A DNA stretch of 64,000 bases from Longimicrobiales bacterium. GTDB taxonomy: Bacteria; Gemmatimonadota; Gemmatimonadetes; Longimicrobiales; Gaopeijiaceae. The first letter of the stretch is position 1, and the number at the start of each line of letters is the position of its first letter. Positions 19,581 through 29,695 of the stretch are shown here, in pieces. The stretch spans positions 64,001 to 128,000 of the forward strand of contig CBDCKN010000012.1 of the NCBI GenBank assembly GCA_965218295.1. The letters run 5' to 3'. A model generated the notes under the pieces. It did no database searches. It was not told where the DNA came from and saw only the letters and a program-made list of their open reading frames with translations. Made by a program: the position numbers and the translations under genes.

Positions 19581-19719
19581 TCCTCTCACATCGCGTGAGT
19601 TCCCGTCAGCCAATCCGAGTTTTTGGGGTCCCGCTTTGGGTCCCATAGGCCCGTTTTCGCCCCTAGCTCACCGACATAAGAAAGCCGGAAGCCCAGATAA
19701 CTCCTAGACTCCCGGCCAG
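19581..19719. repeat. tRNA-linked att-like element, copy C, abutting the tRNA-Lys 3' end
   Basis: Aligns with copies A and B; contains tandem TTGGG(G)TCCC repeats. Confidence 0.8.
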
Positions 19720-19793
19720 TACCCCGCCAGGGACTCGAACCCCGAACCTACTGATTAAGAGTCAGTTGCTCTAGCCAGTTGAGCTAGCGGGGC
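19720..19793 (-). tRNA. tRNA-Lys(CTT)
   Basis: GCCCCGCTAGCTCAACTGGCTAGAGCAACTGACTCTTAATCAGTAGGTTCGGGGTTCGAGTCCCTGGCGGGGTA folds as a cloverleaf with anticodon CTT; CCA is not encoded. Confidence 0.96.
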
Positions 19794-19905
19794 GGGCACA
19801 CTCCGTTAAACGGACGAGCATTCAAAGCTATTTGGCTGCCACACGCGGTCAAGGTGGGGCAACCGCCGGTTCCCCGTGGGTGCGGCCACCGCTGAAGCCC
19901 GGCTA

Positions 19906-21090
19906 CTAAAAGGCCGAAAGGCCAGTCACGGCCTGACCCAGGATCAGCCCGTGGATGTCGTGGGTCCCTTCGTAGGTATACACGGACTCGAGATTCGCCA
20001 TGTGCCGCATGGAGTGGTACTCCACCAGAATCCCGTTGGCGCCCAGAAGCCGGCGGGCCTCCCGCGCGATGTCGCACGCCATGTCGCAATTCGCCCGCTT
20101 CGCCAGCGATACCTGTTGCGGGGTCACCGTTCCGGCGTCCTTCAGCCGTCCGAGCTGAAGGCACAGCAGCTGGCCCTGCGTGATCTTGGTCAGCATGTCG
20201 GCGAGCCGGACCTGCTGGATCTGCTTGCCCCCGATGGGCCCTCCGAACATCACCCGCTCGGTAGCGTAGCTCCGGGCTTCGTCGAAGCAGGCCATGGCGG
20301 CCCCCACGGCTCCGAAGGCGATGCTGTAGCGGGCCTGGGTGAGGCACTTGAGGGGGTTCTTGAGCCCCGTGGTCTCGGGCAGGAGTGCGCTGTCCGGAAG
20401 ATGGACTTCCTCCATGTGTAGCTCGCTGGTGTCGGACGCCAGGAGCGAGAGCTTGCCCTTCTGGTCGCGGGCCGAGAAGCCGGGCGTGTCCGTGGGGACG
20501 ACGAACCCTCGAATTCCATCGAGATCGCCGATCTCGCCGATCTGGGCCCAGACGATGGCCACGTCGGCCATGGAGCCGTTGGTGATCCACATCTTGGTGC
20601 CGTTCAGGAGCCACCCGTCGTCGGTCCTCTTGGCCGTGGTGATCATTCCACCCGGGTTCGACCCGTAGTCGGGCTCGGTGAGGCCGAAGCACCCGATCTT
20701 CTCCGCCGACGCCAGCTTGGGAAGCCACTCCCGCTTCTGCTCCTCGCTTCCGAACGCGTAGATCGGGTACATGACCAGGGCGCCCTGCACGGACGCGAAG
20801 GAGCGGATGCCCGAGTCGCCCCGCTCGAGCTCCTGATTGATGAGCCCGTAGGCCACGTTGTTGAGTCCGGCACAGCCGTACTCCTCCGGAAGGTTGGCGC
20901 CGAGAATCCCCAGCTCGGCGAGCTCGGGGATGATCTCCTTCGGGAAGCGGCGCTCGATGTACGCTTCACCGATGAGGGGGATGACCCGGTCTTCCACCCA
21001 CTCCCGCACGGTGTCCCGGATCATGCGCTCCTCCTCACTGAGGAGGCTGTCGACGTCGTAGAAATCTATCCCCTGGTACTTGCCTGCCAT
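19906..21090 (-). CDS. gcdH: Glutaryl-CoA dehydrogenase (acyl-CoA dehydrogenase family)
   Basis: ELERGDSGIRS, GCFGLTEPDYGS, NGTKMWITNG, NLESVYTYEGTHDIH. Confidence 0.85.
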   Translation of the reverse strand: MAGKYQGIDFYDVDSLLSEEERMIRDTVREWVEDRVIPLIGEAYIERRFPKEIIPELAELGILGANLPEEYGCAGLNNVAYGLINQELERGDSGIRSFASVQGALVMYPIYAFGSEEQKREWLPKLASAEKIGCFGLTEPDYGSNPGGMITTAKRTDDGWLLNGTKMWITNGSMADVAIVWAQIGEIGDLDGIRGFVVPTDTPGFSARDQKGKLSLLASDTSELHMEEVHLPDSALLPETTGLKNPLKCLTQARYSIAFGAVGAAMACFDEARSYATERVMFGGPIGGKQIQQVRLADMLTKITQGQLLCLQLGRLKDAGTVTPQQVSLAKRANCDMACDIAREARRLLGANGILVEYHSMRHMANLESVYTYEGTHDIHGLILGQAVTGLSAF

Positions 21091-21140
21091 GGGTTTGCCT
21101 CGCAGCTGCGTTTGGTCGGTGCGGGACCGCAGGCTGAAAC

Positions 21141-21305
21141 TAGTGTGGTGTCCCAGCAGTTCGCGAGCCACCGAGAGTGCCGAGGCGCCGGATCCTGCAA
21201 GGCGCGACGACGAGGAATAGCAACGCTATTTCGAGGAGGAGGAACGCCGCAGGGCCGGATGCATCGGTGCTCGAATGGCCGAGACACTGCTGGGACACCA
21301 CACTA
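21141..21305. repeat. MITE-like palindromic element, copy 1
   Basis: Perfect 20-bp terminal IR TAGTGTGGTGTCCCAGCAGT; the right end overlaps the TAG stop of the upstream gene. Confidence 0.8.
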
Positions 21306-21653
21306 TTGTGGATCCTGCCCTGGTGGAACGGCCTCAACAGCATGGCGGGTGCCAATGCGCGCCGTGGCGTAGAGAACCTCCCGCGCCACCCGTGCGCCGA
21401 CGTAGAAGGCGGCCAAGACCGTCCCGACCCATCCGCCGATCACTAGGTCGGACGGCTGGATGTAAAGCCAGATCCAGAGGGAGAGGATGACGGCGATGAC
21501 CAACCCCACGACCCAGCTCTGTGAGGTGGCCTGGGCCTGGGCGGCTTCGCGGCAAGCCTCGCACCACAGCATTCGGTCGAGATCCGGCCGTCGCTTCATC
21601 TCGAGGCAGCGGACACAGGCCACCTCGTCCGGGTCACTCGTTCCCCAGGTCAC
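21303..21653 (-). CDS. Hypothetical membrane protein with CxxC...CxxC motifs
   Basis: CVRC and CEAC plus two TM helices; overlaps the icd-like stop codon. Confidence 0.7.
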   Translation of the reverse strand: MTWGTSDPDEVACVRCLEMKRRPDLDRMLWCEACREAAQAQATSQSWVVGLVIAVILSLWIWLYIQPSDLVIGGWVGTVLAAFYVGARVAREVLYATARIGTRHAVEAVPPGQDPQ

Positions 21654-22663
21654 GCCAGAGCCCGCACTACGGCGTCGGTGAACTCAGCGGTGGAGGACTC
21701 CCCGCCCATGTCGCGGGTCCGGGCCTCGCCCGAGCGCACCACGCCGTCGAGGGCGGCTCGGATACGTTCGGACACCTCCGTCTGCCCCACGTGGTCCAGG
21801 AGCAGGCACGCCGACAGGAGCAGCCCGGTCGGGTTCGCGACGCCCTGCCCGGCGATGTCCGGAGCGGAGCCGTGCACCGCCTCGAACATGGCGGCGTCCT
21901 CGCCGATGTTGCCGGCGGGAGCGAATCCGAGGCCACCCACGAGCCCCGCCATCAGATCGCTCAGGATGTCGCCGAACATGTTCTCCATGACCAGGACGTC
22001 GAAGCGGTACGGATCCAGCACCAGCGCCATGGCCGTGGCGTCGATGATGCGGTCCTCCCACTCGATCTCGGGATGGTCGGCGGCCATCTCGCGCCCGACG
22101 TCGAGGAAGAGCCCCTGGGTGTACTTCAGGATGTTGGCCTTGTGGGCAAGGGTCACCTTCTTGCGACCGTGCTTCCGAGCGTATTCGAAGGCGTAGCGGA
22201 GGATGCGCTCTGCACCGAAGCGCGTCACGATCATCACGGACTCGGCTGCCGCTTTGGGATCTCCCTCCATACCGATGTAGTGCTCGACACCTACGTAGAG
22301 GCCTTCCGTGTTCTCACGGATGAGGACGAGGTCGATGTCCTCGTAACGGCCGCCCGGCACGATGGTGAGGGCCGGGCGCACGTTGGCGTAGAGGTCGAAC
22401 TCCTTGCGGAGCGCCACGTTGATGGAGCGGAAGCCCGAGCCCGAAGGAGTCGTGAGCGGGCCCTTGAGCGCCAACCCGCTCTGGCGCATGGAGTCCAGGG
22501 TGGCCTCCGGGAGAGGGGTGTGCGCGACGTCGAGAGCGGCGATCCCCGCCAGCTGCATGTCGTACTCGAGGTCCGCGTCGGCGGCTCGCAGGATATCGAG
22601 GGTGGCGTCGGTGACCTCCGGCCCGATCCCATCTCCGGGGATGACGGTGACGGCCTTGGTCAT
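21650..22663 (-). CDS. icd: Isocitrate/isopropylmalate dehydrogenase family protein (NAD-dependent IDH-like)
   Basis: IPGDGIGPEV, RENTEG, NMFGDILSDL, FEAVHGSAPDIAG. Confidence 0.8.
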   Translation of the reverse strand: MTKAVTVIPGDGIGPEVTDATLDILRAADADLEYDMQLAGIAALDVAHTPLPEATLDSMRQSGLALKGPLTTPSGSGFRSINVALRKEFDLYANVRPALTIVPGGRYEDIDLVLIRENTEGLYVGVEHYIGMEGDPKAAAESVMIVTRFGAERILRYAFEYARKHGRKKVTLAHKANILKYTQGLFLDVGREMAADHPEIEWEDRIIDATAMALVLDPYRFDVLVMENMFGDILSDLMAGLVGGLGFAPAGNIGEDAAMFEAVHGSAPDIAGQGVANPTGLLLSACLLLDHVGQTEVSERIRAALDGVVRSGEARTRDMGGESSTAEFTDAVVRALA

Positions 22664-22740
22664 GCGACGGATCGTCCTTCAAGCAGAGGCATGCCGCAAT
22701 GTAATGTGAAGTCGCAGGGCGGGCGCGCTACTCCGGGCGA

Positions 22741-23262
22741 TCAGGGTCCCACGAACTCGCTGCTGTATTCGAACTCGGTGTGACCCTCACCCCACTCGAC
22801 GAGATCCTCGAGGAACGACGGGCGCTTGGTGCCGTCTAGTCGAGCCTTGCCCGAGATGTTCTTGGCCCGCCGCCAGGTCAACTGGTTGAGCTGGTTCCGG
22901 CGCAGTAAGGCGCGTGCGACCTCGGTGTCCCGGCGGCTGGTCTGGGTGATGACACGCACGCCCGCGAGACCGGGATAGGCCCGCAGCAGGGACTCGGTCT
23001 CTTGGGTGAAGAGGTAGATGTAGGGCCCGACCTTGGCCCAAAGGGTGCCTCCGCGACGAACCTGCTGGAGCGGCTGGTTCACGGTGATCTCCAACACGTT
23101 GCCGCTCACGCGGAAGCTCAACGCCGACGACGATTCGTAATGGGCTCGTGCCTCGGCCTCGGAGGGCACCGGGAGGTCCGAGACCTCGCAGGCTGCACCA
23201 CCGAGGAGCCCGATGGAGGTCAAGGCCAGGCCGACTTTCGAGAGTCTATTCACAAGCATCAC
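22741..23262 (-). CDS. Hypothetical lipoprotein
   Basis: Signal peptide with GAAC lipobox; operon context. Confidence 0.65.
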   Translation of the reverse strand: MMLVNRLSKVGLALTSIGLLGGAACEVSDLPVPSEAEARAHYESSSALSFRVSGNVLEITVNQPLQQVRRGGTLWAKVGPYIYLFTQETESLLRAYPGLAGVRVITQTSRRDTEVARALLRRNQLNQLTWRRAKNISGKARLDGTKRPSFLEDLVEWGEGHTEFEYSSEFVGP

Positions 23263-23272
23263 TGTCGTTTCA

Positions 23273-23917
23273 CTATCGCATGTACCAAAACAGCGTCTCC
23301 GCCAGACTCTCTACGGCTGACGCCACGGACCCGAAGTCCGCGACGGGCCCGGGCTGCCCGGCGACGACGCCGAACCAGATCACCCGTCCGGTCCTCACGT
23401 CCATTAGCGTGGAGACGATCTCCACCACCGAAACCCCTCCCGTCCCTTCCGCTCCACGGCGCACTGCCACTGGGATGAACGCCACATCGGCGTTGGCCAG
23501 CTCCGCCAGACGGCGAATCTGCCCGTAGAGCGGATCACCCACCCGGTCCACCTCGGCACCGAGGAACACGGTCACTGCCAGTCGATCCACCGTGCTCCGG
23601 ATGGCAGGGGCACGCTCGAGCGTCGCTCGGAGCTCTTCCGGAAAAACCCAATCGACCTCCCTACCCTGAGCCCGGAAGGCGAAGGCGATCTCCGGATCCA
23701 CTGCTCCCGGTACACCCTGCCGGATCTGTATCGGGTACACCATGACGCGTCTGCCCCGAAGATCCGGCACGAAGCCGCGGCTGCTTCCAGCCTCGGGAGG
23801 CGCCCCTGTGCCCCGTCCTCCGCACCCCTGTACGAGCAGAGCTGCAAGCACCGTGCCCACCACAGCTACGACGAGAGGGAAGCGAGCGATGTGCCCGAAG
23901 GTCTTTTGCGAATCCAT
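23273..23917 (-). CDS. Hypothetical lipoprotein
   Basis: Hydrophobic segment followed by VQGC lipobox; start codon uncertain. Confidence 0.6.
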   Translation of the reverse strand: MDSQKTFGHIARFPLVVAVVGTVLAALLVQGCGGRGTGAPPEAGSSRGFVPDLRGRRVMVYPIQIRQGVPGAVDPEIAFAFRAQGREVDWVFPEELRATLERAPAIRSTVDRLAVTVFLGAEVDRVGDPLYGQIRRLAELANADVAFIPVAVRRGAEGTGGVSVVEIVSTLMDVRTGRVIWFGVVAGQPGPVADFGSVASAVESLAETLFWYMR

Positions 23918-24037
23918 CGGCCTCCCTGTCACGGTCACGAGGGGCGTGAGCACCTCGCTGGCTGAACCGTGAAAAATATCCAAAGCGCGGAAGGCGGTAC
24001 ACCCCGCCCGCCTGAGGAGAATACGGGAGGGGTGCCG

Positions 24038-24484
24038 TCAGGATTTCGGCTCGGTTGCAGGATTACCGGGCTCCCCGGACTCCCCATCCTCTTCAGGCTC
24101 CAGAATCAGGGCAGCGGAGTTGATGCAGTAGCGGAGGCCCGTGGGCTCCGGGCCATCGGGGAATACGTGACCGAGGTGACCGTCACACGAGGCGCACAAG
24201 ACCTCTGTGCGACGCGTGAAGAGGCTCCGGTCCTCCTCTGTGCCCACGGACTCGCCCTCCACGACGTCGTAGAAGCTCGGCCAGCCGGTGCCCGAGTCGA
24301 ACTTGGTGTCGGAGTGGAAGAGGGGGGTGCCGCAGCCGGCACACACGTACGTTCCAGATTCCTTGCTGTCCCAGTACTCACCGGTGAAGGCCCGTTCGGT
24401 CCCCTTCTTTCTCAGAATCTGGAACTGTTCGGGAGTGAGGGCCTCCCGCCACTCGGTTTCGGTCTTCTCCGGCTTGTCTGACAC
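24038..24484 (-). CDS. msrB: Peptide-methionine (R)-S-oxide reductase
   Basis: [35 protein letters not shown]. Confidence 0.95.
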   Translation of the reverse strand: MSDKPEKTETEWREALTPEQFQILRKKGTERAFTGEYWDSKESGTYVCAGCGTPLFHSDTKFDSGTGWPSFYDVVEGESVGTEEDRSLFTRRTEVLCASCDGHLGHVFPDGPEPTGLRYCINSAALILEPEEDGESGEPGNPATEPKS

Positions 24485-24548
24485 GATCGTCTCCTGGACG
24501 ACGGGGGTCGTGACGCGCTCCGTAAACTAGTGTCGTGCCCGGCCTCGG

Positions 24549-25712
24549 CTATTTCCCGCGCCAAATCTCGGTGTCGGGGCGGAACACGCCCCACGCGAAC
24601 CAGAAGTGGTTACCGTGAACGATCTCGGCGAGCTGCGTGCCCTCCAGCTCACCCTTGACGGCCCGGCCCGAGAGATTCCACTCCGATCCGGTCTCCCGGT
24701 CCCGGAATCGACCGTTGCCGCTGGGTTCGAAGGTCAGCACGCGCCCGTCGACCCGCGGGGAGAACGACGTGGACGACCCCACGTCGCGCCCTCTCGCGAT
24801 GGTGGAGTTGTCGACGGCGCTCGCGGTGCCGGAGGCCCAGAAGACCACCACGTCCAGGCTCCCGACTCTCACCTGGGCCACCCGCTGGTCCTTCAGGACG
24901 GAGAACGGCAGGGCCAGATACTCCCCGTCGCTCTCAAGGGCGACCACGCGCTCCATGGCCGGGAGTCGATCGTCTTTGCGCCCATGCCGGAAGAACCGAT
25001 CCCAGGGCCCGCCTCCCCGGTCATACCCCTGATACGGATTGTTCCCGTACCGCTTCCTCAAGTCGGCCGGGAAGCCCGTGTCCCTGGAAAGAACCAGGGC
25101 ATCCTCCAACTGCTCCTTCACGCTCCGCCAATTCATGACCGTGGCGGGGATGAGGGTCAGCCGGTCTCCCGCGTACTGCCCTACCAGCCCCTCACCCGTC
25201 GCCTGCTGCCACCACGTCTCCGACTGCCGGTCGTACATGACCAGGTCCGAGTGCCGAAGCCGACCCGTGGTTCCGAACTCGAGCACCTGGCCGTCGAAGT
25301 TGCGGTCGAAGGCGATGGTGGTGTTGCAGAGAGGGCAGTAGGTGACGGTCACCGGCTCGCCCCCGATCTCGTCATTCACGATCTCGTGCCAGATGAGGAT
25401 CGAGAGCGGGTACGCCTTGGTCACCCCGTTCACCCTCACTACGGCGATGGGCTCGCGGTCCTTCAGCCAGTCGTCGGCCTCCCGCACCGTCACGAAGCTC
25501 GGGCGATCGATGGAGCGAATCCCATCCTTGGGCGGTCCGCCCGACGTGAACTCCTCCAGGGGGACCGTGTGCTTGCTGAAGTCCGTGGACCAGTCGTCCC
25601 GCCCGGCGATGGCCGGCCACTGCTGGCCGGATGCCTCAAGTGGCGGCGACGTGAATGCCGCGAGCATGCTCAGCAACAGGATCTGGAGGGGATGGGCGCG
25701 GGCGCGGATCAT
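24549..25712 (-). CDS. DUF3179-family exported protein
   Basis: GGPPKDGI, AYPLSILIWHEIVND, TYCPLC, LVMYDRQSET, FWFAW. Confidence 0.85.
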   Translation of the reverse strand: MIRARAHPLQILLLSMLAAFTSPPLEASGQQWPAIAGRDDWSTDFSKHTVPLEEFTSGGPPKDGIRSIDRPSFVTVREADDWLKDREPIAVVRVNGVTKAYPLSILIWHEIVNDEIGGEPVTVTYCPLCNTTIAFDRNFDGQVLEFGTTGRLRHSDLVMYDRQSETWWQQATGEGLVGQYAGDRLTLIPATVMNWRSVKEQLEDALVLSRDTGFPADLRKRYGNNPYQGYDRGGGPWDRFFRHGRKDDRLPAMERVVALESDGEYLALPFSVLKDQRVAQVRVGSLDVVVFWASGTASAVDNSTIARGRDVGSSTSFSPRVDGRVLTFEPSGNGRFRDRETGSEWNLSGRAVKGELEGTQLAEIVHGNHFWFAWGVFRPDTEIWRGK

Positions 25713-25872
25713 GGGTCTTCCTTGGATCTGGGGAGGCCTCTCTGGTACTCAACCCACCGGGACGGACGGACGTTCCCACCGGCGACCAACCGCCATCTTG
25801 CTCGCCTGGGGTCCGCATGGTCTCTTGCAGCGTCCTGCAAGTCACACCGCACCCGAGATCGAGCCCAGACCG

Positions 25873-26244
25873 ATGAACGATGCCTCCGTTCGACATATCC
25901 CTTGGGACAGCATTCCCGAGGAGGAGCTGAATCCCCTCCTGCGCCGGCGCCTCATCACCGGCGAGAAGGGCATGCTGGCCCACGTATACCTCGACAAGGG
26001 CGCCGTCGTCCCACTCCACTCACACCATAACGAGCAGTTCACGTACGTCCTCGAGGGAGCGTTGCACTTCTGGATCGGGGACGACGAGTCGGAAGAGATC
26101 GTCGTGCACGCCGGCGAGGTGCTCCACATCCCGGCCCATGTGCCACACAAAGCCGAGGCACTGGAGGACACGCTGGACCTGGACATCTTCGTTCCGCCCC
26201 GGGAGAACTGGCTGTCGGGGACCGACGACTATCTCCGTGGGTAG
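25873..26244 (+). CDS. Cupin-domain protein
   Basis: VPLHSHHNEQFTYVLEG, IPAHVPHKAEALED, DIFVPPREN. Confidence 0.85.
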   Translation: MNDASVRHIPWDSIPEEELNPLLRRRLITGEKGMLAHVYLDKGAVVPLHSHHNEQFTYVLEGALHFWIGDDESEEIVVHAGEVLHIPAHVPHKAEALEDTLDLDIFVPPRENWLSGTDDYLRG

Positions 26245-26249
26245 CGGGG

Positions 26250-26806
26250 ATGGATCTGGGATTGAGGGGGAAGACCGCCCTGGTGGCGGCATCGAGCAAG
26301 GGCCTCGGACGAGCCGTCGCCGACGAGCTGGCGAGGGAAGGCGCCAACCTGATCATCTGCGGCCGCAGCGTCCAGCCCCTGGAACTGGCCCGGCAGGCGA
26401 TCTTCGACGAGACAGGGGCCGCGGTGGTGGCAGTCCCGGCGGACCTGAGCGAGCCCGGCGACATCGACCGCCTCATGGCGGCGGCGACGGCCGAGTTCGG
26501 CCGCGTCGACATCCTGGTCACGAACACGGGCGGGCCACCCCCCCTTTCGGCATCACCGTAAACAATGCCATGCCGGGGTATACGAAGACGGAGCGGCTGG
26601 AGCAGCTGGCGGCCGACGCGGCGGATCGCTCCGGGCTGATGTTGGAGGAGGCGTACGCGCGCTGGGAGAGCCAGATCCCCATGGGGCGTATAGGCTCGCC
26701 GGACGAGTTCGCCGCACTCGTGGCGTTCCTGGCCTCCGAGCGAGCCAGCTACATCACGGGAGTCTCCATTCCCATCGACGGAGGCGCCATCCGCTCCCTT
26801 CTGTAG
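26250..26806 (+). pseudogene. SDR oxidoreductase with an internal deletion and frameshift
   Basis: N-terminal ALVAASSKGLG...TNTGGPP joins out of frame at C7 (26538-26544) to FGITVNNAMPGY...IDGG; the central catalytic region is missing. Confidence 0.8.
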
Positions 26807-26910
26807 CGGGGCCGATGGCACACCGGGAAGTGGGCAATGGTATCAGCGGAGCGCTCGGCCGCAATCGATAGGGCGCTCGGCACGATCGAAAAAGACAACT
26901 GGAGATCAGC

Positions 26911-27849
26911 ATGTCGGCGAAGCTGTTACAATCCGAATTCATATGGCGAGATGGGGAGTTCATCCGTTGGGAGGACGCCACGGTCCATCTCCTGAGCACG
27001 GCGGTCCAATTCGGGACCTCCATGTTCGAGGGCATTCGGTGCTATGACACGCCCAAGGGGCCCTGCGTCTTCAGGTTGGACGCACACATCCTGAGACTCG
27101 TCCACTCGTGTAGGATCTACCGGATGGAGCCGTCGTACTCCGAGCAGGAGCTCATCGATGCGTGCCGAGCCACGGTAGAGCGCAACGGGCTCAAGGACTG
27201 CTATATCCGGCCCATGGTCCTGCGGGGATACGGCTCGGCCGGCCTGGATCCCTCCGGCAGCCCGATCGAGACCTACGTTGCCACGTGGCCGTGGGGCGCC
27301 TACCTGGGTGAAGGAGCTCTGGAGAACGGCGTCGACGTCGGCGTCTCATCGTGGAACCGGCCGGCGCCCAACACCTTTCCGGTCCAGGCCAAGGCTGCCG
27401 GGCACTACAACAACGCCCAGCTCATCAAGATGGAGGCCGTCGCCAACGGCTATGCGGAAGGGCTGGTGTTGTCGCCCGACGGTCGTCTGAGCGAAGGCGG
27501 CGGACAGAACGTGTTCCTGGTGCGGGGTGGAATCCTGGTGACGCCCCAGCTCGACGGGACGCTTCTGCGGGGAGTCACCCGGGACGCGGTCATGATCGTG
27601 GCCGCCGACCTCGGCTTGGAGGTGCAGGAACGACCCGTCCCCCGCGAGGATATCTACACGTCCGACGAGCTGTTCTTCACGGGCACCGCCACCGAGGTCA
27701 CACCCATCCGGAGCGTGGACCGCATCACCATCGGTGATGGGCAGGCGGGTCCGCTCACCCTGGCTGTCCAGAGGCGCTTTCTGGCGGTCGCCAAGGGCGA
27801 GGAGGAGGACCTACACGGGTGGCTCACACCCGTGTGCCAGGACGGCTGA
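26911..27849 (+). CDS. ilvE: Branched-chain amino acid aminotransferase
   Basis: FEGIRCY, AKAAGHY, SEGGGQNVF, LRGVTR, FTGTATEVTP. Confidence 0.9.
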   Translation: MSAKLLQSEFIWRDGEFIRWEDATVHLLSTAVQFGTSMFEGIRCYDTPKGPCVFRLDAHILRLVHSCRIYRMEPSYSEQELIDACRATVERNGLKDCYIRPMVLRGYGSAGLDPSGSPIETYVATWPWGAYLGEGALENGVDVGVSSWNRPAPNTFPVQAKAAGHYNNAQLIKMEAVANGYAEGLVLSPDGRLSEGGGQNVFLVRGGILVTPQLDGTLLRGVTRDAVMIVAADLGLEVQERPVPREDIYTSDELFFTGTATEVTPIRSVDRITIGDGQAGPLTLAVQRRFLAVAKGEEEDLHGWLTPVCQDG

Positions 27850-27882
27850 CCGCCCCTTTCCGGCGCGGCTGACCCTGCGCCG

Positions 27883-29628
27883 TCAGTTCCCCACCGCCCC
27901 CGCGTCGACGTTCCTGGGATCGGCGGCCCCCATGCGGTCACCGCTCCCGGGATCGATCATGATGGAGTGAGCGAGTCCCTGCCCTTCTCGGACCGACAGC
28001 GTGTAGCCCCGCCGCTCGAGCTCGGCGACGGTGGCTGGGGACAGCCCATCCCGCTCGATGCGGACGTTGTCGGGGAGCCACTGGTGGTGTAGCCGAGGCG
28101 CGTTCACGGCCTCCTGGATGTTCATCTCGAACTCGACGAAGTTCAGGATCACCTGCATGACGGTGTTGATGATCGTCCGGCCTCCCGGGCTCCCCACCAC
28201 CGCAACCAGCTCTCCGTCCTTGGTCACGATGCTCGGCGTCATGCTGGAGAGCATGCGCTGCTCCGGACGCGCGAGATTCGGCCGGGTACCGATGAGCCCA
28301 CCGTCGTCGGTGAGGCCGGGCCCCGCGTTGAAGTCGCCCATCTCGTTATTGAGCAGAAAGCCCGCCCTGGGAACGGTGATCGCAGAGCCGTAGCCGGATT
28401 CGAGGGTATAGGTGACGGAGACCGCCATGCCGTTCCGGTCCACCACGGAGTAGTGCGTGGTCTCGGGACTCTCGTAGGGCTCCGTGACGTCCGACGGCGC
28501 CGACACGCTGGCGTTCAGCGGGTCGATGTCCGCACGGAGGTGTTCGGCATATGCCTTGCTGGTCAGCCGGTGGACAGGCACGTCCACGAAGTCGATGTCG
28601 GCGACGAAACGGGCCCGGTCACGGTAGGCTCTCCGCATGGCCTCCGTCAGGTGGTGTATATAGTCCGCCGAGTTGTGACCCATGGAGGCGAGGTCGTAGC
28701 CCTCGAGGATGTTGAGCATCTGGACCATGGCGACGCCCCCGCTGGACGGAGGCGGCATGGAGATGATGTCGTAACCTCTGTACGTGCCCTTGATGGGGGT
28801 ACGCTCCTTGGCCTGGTAGCGGGCGAGATCCTCCAGGGTGATGATGCCGCCGCCGCGCTCCATCTCCGCCGCCAGCAGGCGGGCGGTCTCTCCCTTATAG
28901 AACCCGTCGCGCCCGCCGTTGGCGATGCGCTCCAGGGTCTGCGCCAGGTCGGTTTGCACGAGCCGGTAGCCGGGCTCGAAGGGACGGCCGTCCATGGAGA
29001 ACGACGCCACGGTGCCCACGTAGGCGGCCCCCCGGCCTTCCACGAGACGCTGCAGCCCCCGGGCCAGCCGCTCGCTGATCTCGAAGCCGTCGCGGGCCAG
29101 GCCCACTGCCGGGCTCACCAGCCGCCGCCACTCCTGACCGCCGTACAGCCGGTGCGCCTTCCAGAATCCGGCTATGGTGCCGGGCACGCCCACGGCCATG
29201 TGGCTGTCGTGATGCTTGGTGCGCGAATACTCGCCGGACTCGTCGAGCCACATCTCGGGATGGGACGCCAGCGGCGCCTTCTCCCGGAAGTCGAGGGCCG
29301 TGGTGGCCCCGTCGGGGAAGCGGATCACCATGAAGCCGCCGCCGCCGATGTTGCCGGCCGACGGATGCGTCACGGCCAGCGCGAGGCCCGTTGCGATGGC
29401 AGCGTCCACGGCGTTGCCACCGGCAGCCAGCACGTCGGCGCCCGCCTTGCTGGCGTGGACGCTCTCGGACACCACCATGCCATGGGGGGCCCGAACCGGC
29501 TGAACCGTGTCGGCCTGGACGCTCGCCGGAGCGAGCGGGGCGAGGGGCTGGGGGGCGGTAAGTCCCGTCGTACCCAGCCACAGTACGGCCAAGGCCGAGA
29601 ACGTGAAGAAATGACGGCGGTCGATCAT
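27883..29628 (-). CDS. ggt: Gamma-glutamyltransferase
   Basis: GNAVDAA, DFREKAP, ETTHYS (autocleavage Thr), LNNEMGDF, SSMTP, GSPGG. Confidence 0.93.
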   Translation of the reverse strand: MIDRRHFFTFSALAVLWLGTTGLTAPQPLAPLAPASVQADTVQPVRAPHGMVVSESVHASKAGADVLAAGGNAVDAAIATGLALAVTHPSAGNIGGGGFMVIRFPDGATTALDFREKAPLASHPEMWLDESGEYSRTKHHDSHMAVGVPGTIAGFWKAHRLYGGQEWRRLVSPAVGLARDGFEISERLARGLQRLVEGRGAAYVGTVASFSMDGRPFEPGYRLVQTDLAQTLERIANGGRDGFYKGETARLLAAEMERGGGIITLEDLARYQAKERTPIKGTYRGYDIISMPPPSSGGVAMVQMLNILEGYDLASMGHNSADYIHHLTEAMRRAYRDRARFVADIDFVDVPVHRLTSKAYAEHLRADIDPLNASVSAPSDVTEPYESPETTHYSVVDRNGMAVSVTYTLESGYGSAITVPRAGFLLNNEMGDFNAGPGLTDDGGLIGTRPNLARPEQRMLSSMTPSIVTKDGELVAVVGSPGGRTIINTVMQVILNFVEFEMNIQEAVNAPRLHHQWLPDNVRIERDGLSPATVAELERRGYTLSVREGQGLAHSIMIDPGSGDRMGAADPRNVDAGAVGN

Positions 29629-29695
29629 GTAGCTCTTCCCACCTATTGGCTCGTGCCTCGGAGCTGGGCGCGCCGTTCACCGGTGACACACATCG

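Noticed and set aside
24528..24551. CTAGTGTCGTGCCC as a fourth MITE copy
   Set aside because: Resembles only one terminal IR; no internal blocks or partner end.
24038..25712. Selenoprotein versions of MsrB or the DUF3179 protein
   Set aside because: Both have ordinary Cys codons (RYCINS, YCPLC) and no in-frame TGA.
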